Shown: in pieces, positions 59,541 to 64,000 of the stretch
How the letters are laid out: each line of letters begins with the position of its first letter
Numbering within the stretch: position 1 is the first letter of the stretch
Translations under genes and position numbers: made by a program
Source of the DNA: Minutocellus sp. GHC0000111
Lineage: Eukaryota
DNA length: 64,000 nucleotides
Assembly: GCA_977018835.1 (NCBI GenBank)
Contig: OZ361259.1
Coordinates: 2,976,001 to 3,040,000 of the forward strand
Direction of reading: 5' to 3'
Notes under the pieces: generated by a model
What the model was told of the DNA's origin: nothing
The model's database searches: none
What the model saw: the letters and a program-made list of their open reading frames with translations, nothing else

Positions 59541-61004
59541 TTAATGCAACTTATTGCTCTTTGGTCTCGCCCATAGCATCACACCAATGACCAGAATGAA
59601 CGATAGGATGGTCAAAACCAGTCGTCTCAGCCCCCAGCCAATTGCCTCTGCTATTCTGCGAAGCATCGAGATCCGAACTTTACCCTGGTGGAATCGCTCC
59701 CTCTCATATCCAATCAATCCGCTCAAAGCATGTTGAACATAATCAATTCTTACTTCGGTGCTACCATCCCGCCGGCTCTCTTCTGGTGGATAAACGCCAG
59801 GGAATGATCCCACCATGTTGTCCTCAACGTCGCCCGCTACTCGTTGCGATCGCAGCAAATATCGAACGCCCGCATCCATGTTGTATTCCACAAATCGTCG
59901 CAATGCCTGCTCCGGAAGAGTGGCATTGGGAAGAAAGGTAAGCGCAGCAGCATATCCCTCTATTCTTGTCGATGTCGGACACGTTCGGTGATCGTCCACA
60001 AGGCAACCACCAGTCTCCAGTAGTTCGTCAGGAGTCAGCACCATGCTCTTGCACACCTTGACGGCATGGTCCAATGCCTGTTTTCGGGTACATTCCGGAT
60101 GGTTGCCTCCGGCCATATGCACCATCAACTTCGATGTAGCAATAAGTGCCCAGTGATCCGGCTCAATATCGTCCAAATCGGAATCCTTGCGCAGATCGTA
60201 CAGATATTTGATTGCCTTGGCCGCGCCGGCCAACCACTTGGGATCAGGATCAAGCTCGTACAGCGACAGCAGGCCGAGACTTGCCTCGCCAGGATAATAC
60301 AAACTAACAAACGATGTGTCCTTTCCACCTTCACTTGGAATAAACTTAGATATGAAACCGCCGTCATCATTCTGCATGAAAAGTACAAACTGTCCCAGAG
60401 CCTGCAACACCTCCAATGACGTTGAGTGCTTCTTTATGCGTTCCATGGCTGTCAGTGCCACCAATGCCAGTCCAGCACCACCAAGCTTGGCCGTGGGAGG
60501 TTGGCCCTTCTGCCCACTGACCTTCTCCGAGCTCCAAACTGCCCACATTTCCTCCGAGGATTTGGTGTCCGCCTTTTTCAGGGGACCCAACGCCTCTGAT
60601 TTGAGGTAATTCACAGCACGTTCCATCACTGGTAGGATGGACTTGTTGGGCCGACGAGCATATGCCTGCGACAGCACGTAAATGGCACCTGAATGGCGTA
60701 GCATGTTGTACTTGACATTGTCCGCGAAGCGTTCGGCATCGACCGTATCCGCCTGGTATGTGAACTTGCCTTCGTCGTTGCAATGCCGAATGAGATACTC
60801 TGTTCCATGTCGGTTGGCGTGGTTCAAGTCCCTGATAGATACCGGCCAATCCGCCGATTCTGCCAGGCTGTTGATTATTTGTCCGTGCGTGTCCAAACTG
60901 GGAGGCAGTGGGGGTGGTTTCCGTACAGCGCCGGCATCGACAGAGCCGATACACGCGACGGCGTAGATTATCAGCCGTGCGAGGAGACTGAGGCCGGTCG
61001 TCAT
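59541..61004 (-). CDS. Type I membrane protein with a bacterial-like (alpha/alpha)-toroid domain
   Basis: Signal peptide, motifs YNMLRHSG, KLGGAGLALVAL, LYYPGEASLGL, PDHW, RIDYVQHALSG, and a C-terminal TM helix. Confidence 0.75.
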   Translation of the reverse strand: MTTGLSLLARLIIYAVACIGSVDAGAVRKPPPLPPSLDTHGQIINSLAESADWPVSIRDLNHANRHGTEYLIRHCNDEGKFTYQADTVDAERFADNVKYNMLRHSGAIYVLSQAYARRPNKSILPVMERAVNYLKSEALGPLKKADTKSSEEMWAVWSSEKVSGQKGQPPTAKLGGAGLALVALTAMERIKKHSTSLEVLQALGQFVLFMQNDDGGFISKFIPSEGGKDTSFVSLYYPGEASLGLLSLYELDPDPKWLAGAAKAIKYLYDLRKDSDLDDIEPDHWALIATSKLMVHMAGGNHPECTRKQALDHAVKVCKSMVLTPDELLETGGCLVDDHRTCPTSTRIEGYAAALTFLPNATLPEQALRRFVEYNMDAGVRYLLRSQRVAGDVEDNMVGSFPGVYPPEESRRDGSTEVRIDYVQHALSGLIGYERERFHQGKVRISMLRRIAEAIGWGLRRLVLTILSFILVIGVMLWARPKSNKLH

Positions 61005-61513
61005 CGACACGAGAAAATTGTATTGTTAGCGCAATGTGGCTATCGATTAGCAAGGCAGGAGCATTGGCCGATACGGCGCAGAGTTGTGTGCACATCTTGT
61101 GCCGTTTTTTCGCTGGGTAAAGTACTCCTATAATTTTCAGTTGATGATACAGCACCCATAAACTTCGACTGAGGAGTGCAAGAACTTCAAATCCAAGTGG
61201 GGCGGAGATCTTTTCTTGGTTATTGGAGAATGAATGCATGCAATATATTCAAAATCAAATGAAACCTATTGGTTTAAAATTGCATGCGCGATTGTTCAGC
61301 CATAGATCGATGAAGCTCCATACCAGTAGGCTACCGGCACATGCATCCGAGGCACCTTCTCTTAAAAAAACTTCCCCCCAGGCCAGGCCACACCCTTGGG
61401 CTCTGAGAGATGCGAACACATGTCTACCTCACGGTACTGGCACGATGTTAGTTCATGTAGATCTACCAATCGGTTTAAAGAATGATCCCACTGCTTTTTG
61501 CTGTAAAAAATCT

Positions 61514-62857
61514 CTAGGCCATGCCAAACATTTGGCCCACGGCATCGCCGGGGTGGGCGTTCTCCTCCTCGTCGGCACCGCAATCCAGACGAGCTTGCTG
61601 CATGGCCTCCTTCGTCCCCATGCCCTCCTTCCGCAGCTGCTTGTACCTCTTGCTGACATTGGTGTGGCGTTTGAGCACATTATCCTTGTTATTGGGGTTC
61701 TTTGCAGCCTCTTCGGCAAACCGGGCATCGGCCAGAAACCGGGCCTCCTCCTGACGCTTCTTGCGACGTTCCTCCTCCTTGCGCTTCTGATCGATGGCGG
61801 CCAGGACGTCGTCGTCGTTGCAGTAGTCGACGGAGCGCTGGTACCAGTCTTCCCAAAGCTGGTCTAGTTCGGTCATCTTGGTCTTGGAAAGGGCCTCGTT
61901 GGATTCGTCGTCCAGTTACGATAGGGCCGACGACGACGCCTTGGCGTCCTTCTCGTTGCTGGTCTTTTTGTCAGCATTGCGACGTTCCATCGCCTCCCAT
62001 GGCTTTGGACTGCTGCTGTAATGCACAATGTGAAGACCATCACTGCCAACGTCACCAGATCCAACGACACCCTCGTCCCAATATTGAGGTCTCTTGTCAT
62101 GAGTGCAGTTGTACAGAAAGCGCTGGGCATTGCATCCAAAGGGCAGGCGGGCACTCGAGGGCATGCTGGCGAACCAATCGGGATAGTAGGCATTGAACAA
62201 ACCTGTATCGCCTCCATCGTAGGATGAAATGGCTCCTTCATCGGCCTTCGCGAGGATATCCAACAACACATGTGCGCAGGGACGGAGGACCATAACGCCT
62301 GCATTGAACTTGTCGGGTGGGAAAATGTCCGGTGCCGCCGCAATCAGTCCCTTACGATCGTCGGCATCCTCTTCCCCAATATCCAACAGATGAAAGACGT
62401 CCTTGACTACCAGACAATCGGCGTCGATATAAAGGATGGTCGAGTACTGCTCGAACGTGAGGATGTTCAGCTTGGACAGACCACAATTCTTGTCCCACGC
62501 TGAGACGTGGCTTGCAGTATTCCCTTCCTCATTCTTGTCCTCATTTTCATTCTTGTCCTCATCTTCAACAGGCTTCTTCGTGGGCATGGGAATGAAGTCG
62601 ACCTCGATTACGCGGGTGCAAAAGATGGGACAGAGCGCATCTCTCACCTCCTGACTGACGGTGGGCGTGACCACCACCACGATTTCGGGTGGATAGCCGC
62701 CCGATGCCGACGAAAGATTTTGCTTGAGGGAGTACAGGAGCGTTTGGGCTCCGGGGGCGTGATCGTCCGAGGCAAGGAACGTAACGATTGCCCTGGGCCG
62801 AGGTGGACCCAGGGGTGGAGAGCAGTCAGAATTGGGATGAGCCTTCATATCGTCCAT
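61514..62857 (-). CDS. Glycosyltransferase family 8, glycogenin-like (in-frame TAA 61916-61918)
   Basis: SKLNI...YSTILYIDADCLV, AAAPDIFPPDKFNAGVMVLRP, SYDGGDTGLFN, IVHYSSSPKPW. The same frame continues past TAA to ELDQLWEDWY. Confidence 0.88.
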
Positions 62858-63127
62858 GCAATGCTTCTATGCGATGGTTCGATGCTTCGATGCTTCGCCC
62901 TGGATGTGCATTTTCCAGCATTTTGATTTCGCTCGTGAACCACCGCACCTGGTGAACTGGTAAGCACGTTTGTATGCAACAAACACATCATGTGTTGATG
63001 ATGAAACGGCCGTGCGTATCTGAGACAACTGCGCATTGGGAAACGTACTACCGCAGTAGATGCAAACTGATTTTTATGCAGAGGGGTGGTTCTTTAGGTA
63101 GGCGTGCGTTTCGGCGACGATCGTAAC

Positions 63128-64000
63128 ATGGAGCAAGAAGATACCACCACCTCCGAGTCTGCTGTTGCTGCCGGTGACGAGCCAAGGACCAAGAAGGTTC
63201 GAATCGACCCAGAAGCTACCAAGGACCAGCCGGCTGTTTCGTCGAACAGTAGTGACAGCAAAAACGCACGTCGAACACGTCCACCGCCGCCACCGGCCTC
63301 GTTTACGGCCACTCTCCCCTCCACCGGCCTGGATGTGCTGCTCATCGGCCGGACCGGTCTGTGCCGACCGCTGGCCGAGTCCATGCTCAGCGTTACCTTT
63401 GATAGGCAGACTGTTTCCAACAATACAGCACCAAGTGGAAATCATGGAAAGAAGAACAAACGATCACGAAGGGAAATGACATCCTCGGTCAGTAGTAGAG
63501 GTGACCCGGCCATTGAGGCGCTTCGACGGCATCTGAGTCGGAGCAGTGCGGCCAATGCCACCACAGGGGGAAGCCGTGGCGGTGGGGTTGGATCGTTTGG
63601 TCTGGCCGATGCGGTTCGAGCCCGACATGTTCGGCTGGTGGAGTCTTTGTCGGACCTTGTCGATGGTCATAAAATGGGAAAGGGAGACAAACAAGAAGAA
63701 CAGGCAAATGACAACTCTGATACAGCCACCAAGGAGCCGAATGATCCCAGAGTTGATCATGCGGTAATTGTTTTGGCACCGACTGATCCGTTTTCGTCGA
63801 CGAGGTTGCGTCAGGCAGCCGCATCTCTCCATCCCGATTATGCCATACAATGCAGGGTGACCATTGTTTATGCCGTAGGTGGCAGTGGTGACAATGGGAA
63901 CGATGGACCAACAAAAACCGCGTGTCCTGATTTGGATCGTCTATTGGAGGATGTTGAGAGAGGTGTCGCCTGCAAGTTGTCGAGTTATAGTATGTACAGA
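63128..64000 (+). CDS. CENP-M-like pseudo-GTPase (partial, runs off the right edge)
   Basis: Frame open from ATG 63128 to the window end (absent from the ORF track). Blocks VLLIGRTGLCRPLAESML / HVRLVESL / PRVDHAVIVL / FSSTRLRQAAASLHPDYAIQCRVTIV occur in CENP-M order. Confidence 0.55.
   Translation, partial: MEQEDTTTSESAVAAGDEPRTKKVRIDPEATKDQPAVSSNSSDSKNARRTRPPPPPASFTATLPSTGLDVLLIGRTGLCRPLAESMLSVTFDRQTVSNNTAPSGNHGKKNKRSRREMTSSVSSRGDPAIEALRRHLSRSSAANATTGGSRGGGVGSFGLADAVRARHVRLVESLSDLVDGHKMGKGDKQEEQANDNSDTATKEPNDPRVDHAVIVLAPTDPFSSTRLRQAAASLHPDYAIQCRVTIVYAVGGSGDNGNDGPTKTACPDLDRLLEDVERGVACKLSSYSMYR

Noticed and set aside
10662..61918. Alternative nuclear genetic code (stop reassignment)
   Set aside because: Only three events using three different stop codons, and all three codons terminate normal genes in this window.

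Overview
Gene-dense eukaryotic nuclear DNA, most likely from a diatom or related photosynthetic stramenopile (short GT-AG introns, signal peptide + 'AF' plastid-type presequences, plastid SohB, UGGT, AP-3 beta). About 30 protein genes are supportable, among them GCH1, a rhomboid with an SHP box, an aldo/keto reductase, ARV1, UGGT, SohB, mitochondrial L34, a large PUB+TPR protein, eIF4B, AP-3 beta, three near-identical V-ATPase c genes, a stand-alone lipoyl-domain protein and a GT8 glycosyltransferase. There is also one 541-bp TA-flanked MITE with perfect 26-bp TIRs. No rRNA, tRNA or CRISPR array was seen. Many genes carry 1-2 nt frameshifts, single in-frame stops or apparent internal deletions. 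This most likely reflects an error-prone consensus, so gene models are reconstructed by eye. The best novelty candidates are a ZIP4/TEX11-like meiotic protein head-to-head with a TPX2-motif gene, a CENP-M-like ORF at the right edge, a CaaX-ended protein built from about 16 copies of an unrecognised LxxxDxxVD repeat, V-ATPase c copies whose identity is confined to the CDS, and a PUB + APAF1-like helical + TPR protein with no visible NTPase. All family calls come from motif recognition by eye; no searches were run.
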